Below are positions 39,596-52,823 of a stretch of 64,000 bases of DNA, piece after piece. A program made the position numbers and the translations under genes. Source of the stretch: Macrostomum lignano (Eukaryota). Under the pieces are notes generated by a model, which was not told the DNA's origin, ran no database searches, and was given only the letters and a program-made list of their open reading frames with translations. The DNA is taken from NCBI GenBank assembly GCA_002269645.1, contig NIVC01001121.1, forward strand, positions 239,807 to 303,806, given 5' to 3'. The first letter of the stretch is position 1. Every line of letters starts with the position of its first letter.

Positions 39596-40410
39596 AAAGA
39601 CACAGCACCCACCCCAAAGACACAGCACCCACCCCAAAGACACAGCACCCACCCCAAAGACACAGCACCCACCCCAAAGACACTGCACCTACCTCAAAGA
39701 CACTGCACCCACCCCAAAGACACTGCACCCACCTCAAAGACACTGCACCCACCTCAAAGACACTGCACCCACCCCAAAGACACAGCACCCACCCCAAAGA
39801 CACAGCACCCACCCTAAAGACACTGCACCCACCCCAAAGACACTGCACCCACCCCAAAGACACAGCACCCACCCCAAAGACAGCACCCACCCCAAAGACA
39901 GCACCCACCCCAAAGACACAGCACCCACTCCAAAGACACAGCACCTACCCCAAAGACACAGCACCCACCCCAAAGACACAGCACCCACCCCAAAGACACA
40001 GCACCTACCCCAAAGACACAGCACCCACCTCAAAGACACGGCACAAAGACACTGCACCCACCTCAAAGACACTGCACCCACCCCAAAGACACAGCACCCA
40101 CCTCAAAGACACAGCACCCACCCCAAAGACACTGCACCCACCCCAAAGACACAGCACCCACCCCAAAGACACTGCACCCACCTCAAAGACACTGCACCCA
40201 CCCCAAAGACACAGCACCCACCTCAAAGACACAGCACCCACCCCAAAGACACTGCACCCACCCCAAAGACACAGCACCCACCCCAAAGACACAGCACCCA
40301 CCCCAAAGACACAGCACCCACCCCAAAGACACTGCACCCACCCCAAAGACACAGCACCCACCTCAAAGACACGGCACAAAGACACAGCACCCACCCTGAC
40401 TGCACCCACC
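39596..40410. repeat. 20-bp minisatellite (AAAGACACAGCACCCACCCC)
   Basis: Tandem units. Confidence 0.95.
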
Positions 40411-40430
40411 TCATCTAACGCCGACTTCAG

Positions 40431-40517
40431 TGAGCACGCCGCCACCGCTGGATGCTTGCGGAGCAACTCCTCGCTTTAATCTGGACCCGGGCTGCGGCTC
40501 CAACTGCCACAATTTTG
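40431..40517 (+). CDS. MPDZ: MPDZ-like linker exon (87 bp, phase 1-1)
   Basis: cttcag| and G|gtgagt; open frame STPPPLDACGATPRFNLDPGCGSNCHNF, compatible with both neighbouring exons. Confidence 0.65.
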
Positions 40518-40729
40518 GTGAGTAATTGGGGTTTTGTTAGTAGTACATTTGTGCATGCACTTGTTTTGCTGGTTGCATTCGGAATAGATGAGATTTTACT
40601 GTCTCTGAGGATACAATACCGATAGATTTTTGGATTTTAGGTTGCGATTATTAGATAGTCGGGTGAGATTATCGAATACTGGGGCAAGATTTTTGGATAG
40701 TAGTGTGAGACTATTGGACAGTACGCTAC

Positions 40730-42085
40730 TGTACATAGTGAGATAATCTATACTGTACATGGGGAGATACTCCGATACCGTACAAGCTGAGATAATCCGA
40801 TAATGTACATGGGGAGATAATCCGATACTGTACAGACTGAGATAATCCGATACTGTACAGGCTGAGATAATCCGATACTGTACAGACTGAGATAATCCGA
40901 TACTGTACAGACTGAGATAATCCGATACTGTACAGACTGAGATAATCCGATACTGTACAGACTGAGATAATCCGATACTGTACAGACTGAGATAATCCGA
41001 TACTGTACATGGAGAGATAATCCAATACTGCACATGGAGAGATAATCCGATACTGTACAGACTGAGATAATCCGATACTGTACATGGAGAGATAATCCAA
41101 TACTGCACATGGAGAGATAATCCAATACTGCACATGGAGAGATAATCCGATACTGTACAGACTGAGATAATCCGATACTGTACATGGAGAGATAATCCAA
41201 TACTGCACATGGAGAGATAATCCGATACTGTACATGGAGAGATAATCCAATACTGCACATGGAGAGATAATCCAATACTGTACATGGAGAGATAATCCAA
41301 TACTGCACATGGAGAGATAATCCGATACTGTACAGACTGAGATAATCCAATACTGTACATGGAGAGATAATCCAATACTGCACATGGAGAGATAATCCGA
41401 TACTGTACAGACTGAGATAATCCAATACTGCACATGGAGAGATAATCCAATACTGCACATGGAGAGATAATCCGATACTGTACATGGAGAGATAATCCAA
41501 TACTGCACATGGAGAGATAATCCAATACTGCACATGGAGAGATAATCCGATACTGTACAGACTGAGATAATCCGATACTGTACATGGAGAGATAATCCAA
41601 TACTGCACATGGAGAGATAATCCGATACTGTACAGACTGAGATAATCCGATACTGTACATGGAGAGATAATCCAATACTGCACATGGAGAGATAATCCAA
41701 TACTGCACATGGAGAGATAATCCGATACTGTACAGACTGAGATAATCCGATACTGTACATGGAGAGATAATCCAATACTGCACATGGAGAGATAATCCGA
41801 TACTGTACATGGAGAGATAATCCAATACTGCACATGGAGAGATAATCCGATACTGTACAGACTGAGATAATCCAATACTGCACATGGAGAGATAATCCAA
41901 TACTGCACATGGAGAGATAATCCGATACTGTACATGGAGAGATAATCCAATACTGCACATGGAGAGATAATCCAATACTGTACATGGAGAGATAATCCGA
42001 TACTGTACATGGAGAGATAATCCAATACTGCACATGGAGAGATAATCCAATACTGCACATGGAGAGATAATCCGATACTGCACAA
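40730..42085. repeat. 25-bp minisatellite, two interspersed variants (GAGATAATCCGATACTGTACAGACT / GAGATAATCCAATACTGCACATGGA)
   Basis: Tandem units. Confidence 0.96.
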
Positions 42086-42639
42086 GGCAGTGCAGTCAAT
42101 CGGAACAATCACAGACAGTCAATGCTGATGCAATCCTGAAGAATTACTTCTGCAATAATATACGGGGTGTTAAGAGTTATTTGCTCAATTAACTGCTTGA
42201 GAGCCACCTTCGGCCACTCGGGTGTTTGGTCGCGCGAAAATCAGAACCTGCCCGGCTCCAGCTCAACCTTTCTCGGGGTGGGTTGAGACGGGACTGAGAA
42301 AGAGGCTGGGGAAAAGGAAATGAGAAGTTTTCTTCCCAGCTATCTCAAGGATTGCTGAGGCCAGGGGATAAAAGTACCCCAAGGCGTTCCGCGCTATTTA
42401 TACCTCTGGTGAGGTTTAGGGAGGCCGCCTATCGCACTTCCCCATTCTCCCATCTCCCCTCAGTCAAACTCTGCCCTAGCCACATCCCAACCTGAGTTTC
42501 CACCGATTTCCCACCGGGAATCGATCTGCTAGCATATCTATATCTAGTACAGTACTGTCTCATTGCTGCGGTTTTAGTAGTAGCATAGTAGTACGAGACA
42601 CCTGTGCCTGCCATAGACATGCTCTAGCTTTATACAGAG

Positions 42640-43110
42640 TCTGTTTATCTCTACCTTAGGTCTGTTTATCTCTACTTCAAGTCTGTTTATCTCTGCCTCA
42701 AAAGTCTGTTTATCTCTACCTCAAGTCTGTTTATCTCTACCTCAAGTCTGTTTATCTCTACCTCAAGTCTGTTTATCTCTACCTCAAGTCTGTTTATCTC
42801 TACCTCAAGTCTGTTTATCTCTACCTCAAATCTGTTTATCTCTACATCAAGCCTGTTTATCTCTGCCTCGAAAATCTGTTTATCTCTACCACCAAAGTCT
42901 GTTTATCTCTACCTCAATTCTGTTTATCTCTGCCTCAAAAGTCTGTTTATCTCTCCCTCAAAAGTCTGTTTATCTCTACCTCGAAAATCTGTTTATCTCT
43001 CCCTCAAAAGTCTGTTTATCTCTACCTCGAAAATCTGTTTATCTCTCCCTCAAAAGTCTGTTTATCTCTACCTCAAAAGTCTGTTTATCTCTACCTCAAA
43101 TCTGTTTATC
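42640..43110. repeat. ~21-bp minisatellite (TCTGTTTATCTCTACCTCAAG)
   Basis: Tandem units. Confidence 0.93.
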
Positions 43111-43614
43111 TCTGCATAAATTCTCTTTCTTCCCTAATCCGTGTATCTCTATCCCGCATTCATCAACGCAACTGACTTAACTTAACTTTACCAAAGCAGA
43201 ACAAAATGCGGTAAACTCTCTGATTGAATATTCGCCAAGAACTTCGACAAGACTCTTCTTCTTTATTTGGCCACGGAAAACCCCAGCCACTGTGCACAGG
43301 TGATTAACCACAAGATCCATGCTTATGGTCAAACAAGTAAAATCGTAAATCTTCGCAGTAATCTGTTTAATTCGCATTGCATTCCGAGCCTTGATGGAGA
43401 TAAATTCCAGACCAGTAACAATTCATTGCACAGTGACTTAAATTTATCTCGAATCCATGATTTATTGTCAGTAGAATAACCAGTAGCCATATATATTGGA
43501 GGGCGAAATTAGGGCTGCAGCTCTGTCTAGGTAATATAGATAGCGTATATGGCGTAATGTATAGTAGAGTATAGTAATATAGATAGTCATAATTTAGATA
43601 GTTCGGTAGATAAC

Positions 43615-44088
43615 TATCTCTCCATCTCCTTCTCTCCATCTCCTTCTCTCCATCTCCTTCTCTCCCTCTCCTTCTCTCCTCTCCTTCTCTCCCTCTCCTT
43701 CTCTCCCTCTCCTTCTCTCCCTCTCCTTCTCTCCCTCTTCTTCTCTCCCTCTTCTTCTCTCCATCTCCTTCTCTCCCTCTTCTTCTCTCCATCTCCTTCT
43801 CTCCTCTCCTTCTCTCCCTCTCCTTCTCTCCCTCTCCTTCTCTCCCTCTTCTTCTCTCCATCTCCTTCTCTCCCTCTCCTTCTCTCCCTCTCCTTCTCTC
43901 CCTCTCCTTCTCTCCCTCTTCTTCTCTCCTCTCCTTCTCTCCCTCTCCACTTCTATCCCTCTCCCCCTCTCTTCCTCTCTCTCTCTCTCAATTTTCCTTC
44001 TATCTACCTCTCTCCTCTCCGTCTCATTTATCTCTCTTCCTCTTACTCCCCCTTTTTCCTTCTCCCCTCTCCTCTTCTCTTCCTCTCT
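43615..44088. repeat. 14-bp CT-rich repeat (CTCCTTCTCTCCCT)
   Basis: Direct reading. Confidence 0.92.
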
Positions 44089-44800
44089 CTAGTCTCACAT
44101 CTGGCATCTAGTCTCACATCTGGCATCTAGTCTCACATCTGGCATCTAGTCTCACATCTGGCATCTAGTCTCACATCTGGCATCTAGTCTCACATCTGGC
44201 ATCTAGTCTCACATCTGGCATCTAGTCTCACATCTGGCATCTAGTCTCACATATGGCATCTAGTCTCACATCTGGCATCTAGTCTCACATCTGGCATCTA
44301 GTCTCACATCTGGCATCTAGTCTCACATCTGGCATCTAGTCTCACATCTGGCATCTAGTCTCACATCTGGCATCTAGTCTCACATCTAGCATCTAGTTTC
44401 ACATTGGGAATCTATTCTCACATCTGGCATCTAGTCTCACATCAGGCATCTAGTTTTACATTTGACATCTAGTCTCACATTTGACATCTAGTCTCAAATC
44501 TGGCATCTAGTCTCAAATCTGGCATCTAGTCTCCCATTGGGAATCTAGTCTCAAATCTGGCATCTAGTCTCAAATCTGGCATCTAGTCTCAAATCTGGCA
44601 TCTAGTCTCAAATCTGGCATCTAGTCTCAAATCTGGCATCTAGTCTCAAATCTGGCATCTAGTCTCAAATCTGGCATCTAGTCTCAAATCTGGCATCTAG
44701 TCTCAAATCTGGCATCTAGTCTCAAATCTGGCATCTAGTCTCACATCTGGCATCTAGTCTCAAATCTGGCATCTAGTCTCACATCTAGCATCTAGTCTCA
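44089..44800. repeat. 19-bp minisatellite (TCTAGTCTCACATCTGGCA)
   Basis: Tandem units. Confidence 0.96.
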
Positions 44801-45479
44801 CAGCTGTTCTGTTCCACACTAAACTTGCATGATCTATCTCTTATTTTGCACAGACAAGGTTTTTTGCAGGCTTTCAATTCGATACACATCGAATGTGTAA
44901 CCAAAATCACGGCGAACACCCCTGTCCACCCCGCTCTCCTGACTCTCAGCATGCAAAGAACTATAGAAAGATTTTCTTCCTGCTAAAATAATTTCGAATT
45001 TCTCTGGTTTCGAATAGCTGCATGTACACACTTTCTACGTATTTTTTCTCTCGGCGGTGAGAAAAAGAGAGAGAGAGAGCATGTGAATTCGCACATGCGC
45101 TGCGCAGTGTGACATGATTTCCATGCTGTCCTTTTCTGTACCCCTCTCGCCCCCCTCTCTCTCAGGCATGTACATTCGAGGCCCCTCAGCAACTGCGGTT
45201 TAATCTAACGAAAAAAATGCAGAGTCAGAGAGACAGACACAAACTGACTTCATTAGTGCCGACATGCGGTTGGTTTGGGCCCCGTTTGTCAGGACGACTT
45301 TATTGTTACCAAATTAGTAAATTTATTTTAACGAGCTGAATAGAGAATGAAGCGTCATAAATCACTCGGCAACCTGCGTCGTTCGCTGTCTACCTTGTAC
45401 TTGAGAATCTCGGGAACAAATAATAGTCTGGTCTTCGACAGAGACTTCTGCAAGAAGTATTTCAGTAAGTCTTTGTACT

Positions 45480-45910
45480 GATCCTGGGAGGTAAAGAGAG
45501 ATTTACTGAGGTAAGCAGAGATGTAGGGACGTAAGGAGGGATAAAGAGAGTTAGGTAGAGATATAGGGAGGTAAGCAGAGATGTAGAGAGGTAAGCAGAG
45601 ATGTAGGAAGGTAAGGAGAGATGTAGAGAGGCAAGGAGAGATGTAGAGATAAGGAGAGATGTAACGGAGTTCAGGAGAGACGCAGAGAGGTAGGTATAGA
45701 TGTAGGGAGGTAGGTATAGTTGTAGGGAGGTAGGTATAGATGTAGGGAGGTAGGTATAGATGTAGGGAGGTAGGTATAGATGTAGGGAGGTAGGGAGAGA
45801 TGTAGGGAGGTAGGGAGAGATGTAGGGAGGTAGGGAGAGATTTAGGGAGGTAGGGAGAGATGTAGGGAGGTAGGGAGAGATTTAGGGAGGTAGGGAGAGA
45901 TTTAGGGAAA
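45480..45910. repeat. 20-bp purine-rich minisatellite (GTAGGGAGGTAGGGAGAGAT)
   Basis: Tandem units. Confidence 0.9.
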
Positions 45911-46499
45911 CTACAGATGAGGAACAACAGCTAGGTGATGTAAAATCATTGGTGTTGGTGTTGATGTAAAATTTGTAAAGTTATGAAGACGCAAAAAATC
46001 AAATGAACAGAAGATTGCATAAAATTAGCTTTCATAAATTTCCAGCTTTTCCAGCTAGTTTATCAGCTGTCCTAAAAAATAGAAAATCGAGTCTTGACTC
46101 GAATTTATTTTACGACCTCCTCGAACAACTACCCGCGCACGCTGCTCTTCTACAGAGCCCGAAAAAGTGCATCGCTTTATTGAATTTCTTCAAATAATAC
46201 CAGGATACGGGATACCCATTGTAAGGCGTTGGATGATTGATGAGTTGTCAAGCGAGGAGGAGAGAGAGGTTGAGACAGAGGCATGAGTAGCTTCATGGAG
46301 CTTTCAATTACTCGACAGCCGCTCAGCCACCCCTCAGTACAAGCGGGCCACGCGATTCTTCAGGCATGAAGGCTGAATGGCTGAATGGGGGCAGGCGGCT
46401 GCCTCGGGCGGAAAGGAGTTGGGGGAGACGGGAAGGAAGCGAGGAGAGGCGGGAGTGGCGTAAGCAGATGGCTGACTGCAGGCGGTGGGGACTGAGATG

Positions 46500-47170
46500 C
46501 AGAGGGTGAGAGGGTGAGAGGGTGAGAGGGTGAGAGGGATGAGAGGGTGAGATGGTGAGAGGGTGAGAGTTTTAGAGTGTGAGAGTGTTAAAGGGTGAGA
46601 GTTTTAGAGGGTGAGAGTGTTAAAGGGTGAGAGGGTGAGAGTGTGAGAGTTTGAGAGGGTGAGAGTGTTAAAGGGTGAGAGGGTGAGAGTGTGAGAGTTT
46701 GAGAGGGTGAGAGTGTTAAAGGGTGGGAGGGTGAGAGGGTGAGAGTGTTAGAGGGTGAGAGGGTGAGAGAGGTGAGAGGGTGAGATAGTGAGTGTGAGAG
46801 AGTGAGAGGGTGAGAGGGTGAGTGTGAGAGGGTGAGAGGGTGAGTGAGAGAGTGTGAGAGGGTGAGAGAGGTGAGAGAGTGAGAGAGTGAGAGAGAGTGA
46901 GATGGTGAGTGTGAGAGGGTGAGAGGGTAATATGGTGAGTGTGAGAGTGTGAGAGGGTGAGAGAGGTGAGAGAGTGAGAGAGTGAGAGAGAGTGAGATGG
47001 TGAGTGTGAGAGGGTGAGAGGGTAATATGGTGAGTGTGAGAGTGTGAGAGGGTGAGAGAGGTGAGAGAGTGAGAGAGGTGAGAGGGTGAGATGGTGAGTG
47101 TGAGAGGGTGAGAGAGGTGAGAGAGTGAGAGAGGTGAGAGGGTGAGATGGTGAGTGTGAGAGGGTGAGAG
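46500..47170. repeat. GAGAGGGT-type low-complexity repeat
   Basis: Direct reading. Confidence 0.9.
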
Positions 47171-47649
47171 AACAGAGAACCCACCAGTCAGCAAGCTAAA
47201 AGTGACGACTTAAGCGAAACGGATTAAACAGGTTTGCACAGATCAATAGGCGCAGTTGAAACTGCGCAATAGCATTAGGAAGCCAGTAGTCGGACTAAGA
47301 AAATTAGTCTGAGCCATTGTCTGCCTTGAAGATAAGATAGCGCCTATCATAGTTGCACTGGCTCATTAGTGAGACTATTAATACGTAAGTGAGCAGCATA
47401 TTCTTCGCACTTGAAGTGCAAATGCTAACTATTATAACTGACTAGGGCACAGGGTTTACATAGTGTTAATCAGTTTAGATTGAGAGTTAGCGATCCACTC
47501 TGCACATTATAACTGGCAAGCTTTCGGAAGTTTCACGTTGGCTTTTAGAGGCAGACTTGAGGTTGGGGCGGGTAGAAAACCAATGGCTGTGAGTGCAACT
47601 CACTTTTGTGCTGCTGCTGACTAGCGATCCTCTCTGCTGTATGCTGTCT

Positions 47650-48590
47650 GCCACATGTATCTCTCACTATCTCCCTCTCATTCTCTCTCTCCCATCTCAC
47701 CCTCTCTCCTATCTCACCTCTCTAATCTCACTCTCTCTCCCATCTCACCCTCTCTCCTATCTCACCTCTCTAATCTCACTCTCTCCCATCTCACTCTCTC
47801 TCATCTCTCTCTCCCATCTCAACCTCTCTCTCCTCTCATCCTCTTTCCCTTCTCAAAATATGTCTCATCTCTCACTGTCTCCCTCTCTGTCCTTTCTCTC
47901 CCTTTCTCCCATCCTACTCTCTCTCCCATCTCTCTGTTCATCTCCCATCTCTCTCTCCATCTCCCATCTCTCTCTCCATCTCCCATCTCTCTCTCATCTC
48001 TGCTTCTCTCTCCCATCTCTCTCTTCATCTCCCATCTCTCTCTTCATCTCCCATCTCTCTCTCCATCTCCCATCTCTCTCTCCATCTCCCATCTCTCTCT
48101 CCATCTCCCATCTCTCTCTCCATCTCCATCTCTCTCTCCATCTTCCATCTCTCTCTCCATCTTCCATCTCTCTCTCCATCTTCCATCTCTCTCTCCATCT
48201 TCCATCTCTCTCTCCATCTTCCATCTCTCTCTCCATCTTCCATCTCTCTCTCCATCTTCCATCTCTCTCTCCATCTTCCATCTCCCTCTCCCATCTCAAC
48301 CTCTCTGAACTCTCACTCTCTCTCCGATCTCTCTCTCCCTGTCACCCTCTCCCTTATTAACCTCTTTCTCATCTCTCATTGTCTACCTCTCTCTCCTTTC
48401 TCTCCCTCTCTCTCGCCTCTCACCCTCTCTCCAGTCTATCCCTTTCTTCAATCTCAACTTCTCCCTCATCCTTCCCTAGTCTCCCTCTCTCCGTCTTTCT
48501 TTCCCATCTCTCACTCTCTCCTTTTATCGCGACCCTTTCTCCCTCTATTTCCCTCTGCTTTTTTCTCCCATCTCTTCTATCCTTCTCTAC
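47650..48590. repeat. CT-rich repeat (CCATCTCTCTCTCCATCT-type)
   Basis: Direct reading. Confidence 0.9.
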
Positions 48591-48859
48591 CGAATAGCCC
48601 CTATGCCATTGTCCAAAGGTCCGCAGCAGAATTTTTTTCGAAAATCGATGAAGATAAACAGAGCAGACTGCCTGATCAAACTCAATTATAGGATTGACCC
48701 AGGAAAGCCCAACTGCCTCATTCGCAAATTTTCGGAATCTGAGAGGGGAAAAACCCTGCGGATGTGCAGAAGAGAGTCATTGTGATTTTCCATTTAGGAG
48801 CCATGCCAAGACTCCAACTAAAACTAGGCAATAGAGAATGTATTCACCGAGTACCGAGT

Positions 48860-49075
48860 CATCGGGTACCGACCATCAATAAGATACAGTCAGAAAGTCA
48901 TCGGGTGTGCTCATCAATCCAGTCATAAAGTCATCGGATATGCTCATCAATCCAGTCATAGAGTCATCGGGTATGCTCATCAATCCAGTCATAGAGACAT
49001 CGGATATGCTCATCAATCCAGTCATAGAGTCATCGGATATGCTCATCAATTCAGTCATAAAGTCATCGGGTATGC
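48860..49075. repeat. 33-bp minisatellite (GTCATCGGGTATGCTCATCAATCCAGTCATAGA)
   Basis: About 6 units. Confidence 0.9.
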
Positions 49076-49130
49076 CAGGCCTAAGCTATCACGCCTACCT
49101 GATATCCAAATCGATACCCACAACAACCAG

Positions 49131-49390
49131 AGGGTCCGCTATCTGCTGAAGTCGCCGAGTCCATCGCGCACCGCTGGTCGAGTCTTCTCAACGACAGCTC
49201 GCTAACGGTGGTAACGGTGCAGCTGGCCAAGTTCAAGCACCATCCCGGCCTCGGCATCAGCCTGGAAGGCACGGTGGACGTGCTGGAGACCGGAGCGGAG
49301 GTCCGGCCGCATCACTACATCCGGGCCATCCAGCCCGACGGCCCTGTGGCGGCTGACGGAACCTTGAGGCCGCATGACGAGCTGCTGGAG
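49131..49390 (+). CDS. MPDZ: MPDZ-like exon, first part of PDZ4
   Basis: caaccag|AG phase 1; GLGISLEGTVDV...EVRPHHYIRAIQPDGPV...DELLE is the invertebrate Patj/MPDZ signature as recalled; |gtgaga donor. Confidence 0.93.
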
Positions 49391-49439
49391 GTGAGAAACT
49401 ATGGGGGGATAAGCAGTTCTTCTCTTGAAGTAACAGCCC

Positions 49440-50550
49440 TCTTCTTCTCAGCCTCTGTCACTATCTCCCTCTCAGCCTCTGTCACTGTCTCCCTCTCAGC
49501 CTCTGTCAGTATCTCCCTCTAACCCTCTGTCACTATCTCCCTCTAACCCTCTGTCACTAGTCTCCCTCTAACCCTCTGTCACTATCTCCCTCTAACCCTC
49601 TGTCACTATCTCCCTCTCAGCCTCTGTCACTAGTCTCCCTCTAACCCTCTGTCACTATCTCCCTCTAACCCTCTGTCACTATCTCCCTCTCAGCCTCTGT
49701 CACTATCTCCCTCTCAGCCTCTGTCACTATCTCCCTCTCAGCCTCTGTCACTATCTCCCTCTCAGCCTCTGTCACTATCTCCCTCTCAGCCTCTGTCACT
49801 ATCTCCCTCTCAGCCTTCTGTCACTATCTCCCTCTCAGCCTCTGTCACTATCTCCCTCTCAGCCTCTGTCACTATCTCCCTCTAACCCTCTGTCACTATC
49901 TCCCTCTAACCCTCTGTCACTATCTCCCTCTAACCCTCTGTCACTATCTCCCTCTAACCCTCTGTCACTATCTCCCTCTAACCCTCTGTCACTATCTCCC
50001 TCTAACCCTCTGTCACTATCTCCCTCTCAGCCTCTCTCACTATCTCCCTCTCAGCCTCTCTCACTATCTCCCTCTCAGCCTCTCTCACTATCTCCCTCTA
50101 ACCCTCTGTCACTATCTCCCTCTCAGCCTCTCTCCCTATCTCCCTCTCAGCCTCTCTCACTATCTCCCTCTAACCCTCTGTCACTATCTCCCTCTCAGCC
50201 TCTCTCACTATCTCCCTCTCAACCTCTCTCACTATCTCCCTCTCAACCTCTCTCACTATCTCCCTCTCAACCTCTCTCACTATCTCCCTCTCAGCCTCTC
50301 TCACTATCTTCCTCTCAACCTCTCTCACTATCTCCCTCTCACCCTCTTTCACTATCTCCCTCTCACCCTCTTTCACTATCTCCCTCTCACCCTCTTTCAC
50401 TATCTCCCTCTCAGCCTCTCTCACTATCTCCCTCTCACCCTCTTTCACTATCTCCCTCTCACCCTCTTTCACTATCTCCCTCTCACCCTCTTTCACTATC
50501 CCCCTCTCACCCTCTTTCACTATCTCCCTCTCACCATCTTTCACTATCTC
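49440..50550. repeat. 24-bp minisatellite (CTCTGTCACTATCTCCCTCTCAGC)
   Basis: Tandem units. Confidence 0.95.
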
Positions 50551-51209
50551 CTACTCAATCTCTTTTTTCATCTATGTTTCGATGATAGAAAAGTCAACGA
50601 ACTGAACTGATACCAGACCTGGAATATAGCATCGAGCACTGAGCTTCATCCATGTTCTAGATCGCATCAGACGAGAACCATGAGAACTATCCCCTGTGGG
50701 AGAACGGAAACTTAGTTCCCAACATTTGTCAGCTGTTGGCTAATAGAATTTTCTTTTCCCCTTTCGTTCGATTATTTTTCGTACGTTCGGCCTTTTTTTC
50801 CTCTTCCAATGCTCGAACTTTGCGTGTGTCTCGAGTCTGCAACCAGAGCAATCAGAGCAACACACTGCCGTGCCCTCAGCCCCTCAGTCCATGCAGCTCT
50901 AGACTGCTGTTCCACCCGTATCGGGTGTCTGACACCGGCAATTGAAATCTTTAACATTAAAAGAGAAAATAATTGAAAACTGTTGAAAAAATAACAATTC
51001 AAAACAGTATTACAAACTTTAAAGATTCACTCGCATAAATAGGGCTAGTATTTGTGTTCGCTTAGGCTTGATTGGCATCTTTAATTTAGTTTCAGAGAGA
51101 CTTATTGGTTGGTACACTTTTTTCTAAACGGATCTTTCTCCACCGAGTTTCGTCTATGGTAAAAACCCACTTCACAGTCTACGCAAATAAGCTATACATG
51201 TACCTTTAC

Positions 51210-51672
<463 letters not shown>

Positions 51673-52823
51673 AGAATTGCCTAGATGAAAGGCGAGATAT
51701 TCTGAATTTGAACATGGTGTTCTTAAAGACCTAAAATTCGGCATAGTCGGAAAACCTGTCTATGGTAAAATTTGCACGAACAGACAGCAGACGAGCAGCG
51801 TACGTTTTCTACATGTAATAAATTTGTCCATAAAGAGGCGAATATGCAGTACATATAGCTTGTAGTAGGAAGATAGCAACGATATTTGGAGCTTGTCAAA
51901 TTTTGAACTCGATAATCGCAAGATTCTCCATATAAGTCAATTAAAATTTTGATCATTTTTGTTCGGGATTAACTACAAAACAGGGCTTGATTGTTTATCT
52001 TTCAAAATCGAGGTGAAGTCTCGATTCCTAGAAATTAAAAAAATAAAAACCCCACCTATCCGGAAGCGATCCTTGAAATCTCCAGGGTCTGAAACAAGCT
52101 AATTTGGTCAAATTTCTCCAAATCCATTTTAATCCTTTTTGTTTTGATTTGCTGATCCCATTTGATTAGCGCAGCTCACGCTTTCCACGAAAATAATCTT
52201 TTCAAAAAATTTAACGAATTTTTTTTCAAAACGTGTTTTTCTTAATTGAACAATCCTTAGTTGAATCATTTGAAATGTGAATTTAAAATTTTTTAAATGG
52301 TATTTACTATTGAGAATATTTATTTATTTAATTCAGTCACTAAGTAGAGCCAAACGTCAAACAGTTTATTCAGTAAAGGGAACTAAAACATGATTTTCAG
52401 CAGAGTTGAGAGCACCTTTTCTACTACTACTGCTTAAGTAGGCATCACAACTTGAAAATATCGGAATTGCATGAAAATCAAGAAAAACAGATTATTTTTA
52501 AGTAGGTACTTTTAAAAGGAAAATTCACGATATTTACTCCTGCAATTATCTTAGCAAATACCGCAGTCTCCGATCTCAAACACAACCTCAAATTACCACA
52601 TACCAAAACTGGACAAAACCAATACCAAAAGAAGCAAATGACGTACGGATCAAGAAATCAGAGAGGGATAGAAATCAATTTCTGTTGATTAATTGACAAG
52701 TTTAGTAGAGAAAGATTACTGCCTTTTAAAACTACTGGTAGGACTCTGAAACTGGAAGACGTTCATGTATGATTATTATAATCTGCAGCTTTAGCGCAGC
52801 TTACTGCTTGTTTGACGGTTAAA

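Noticed and set aside
40596-42112. 450-495-aa ORFs
   Set aside because: Translation of the 25-bp intronic minisatellite
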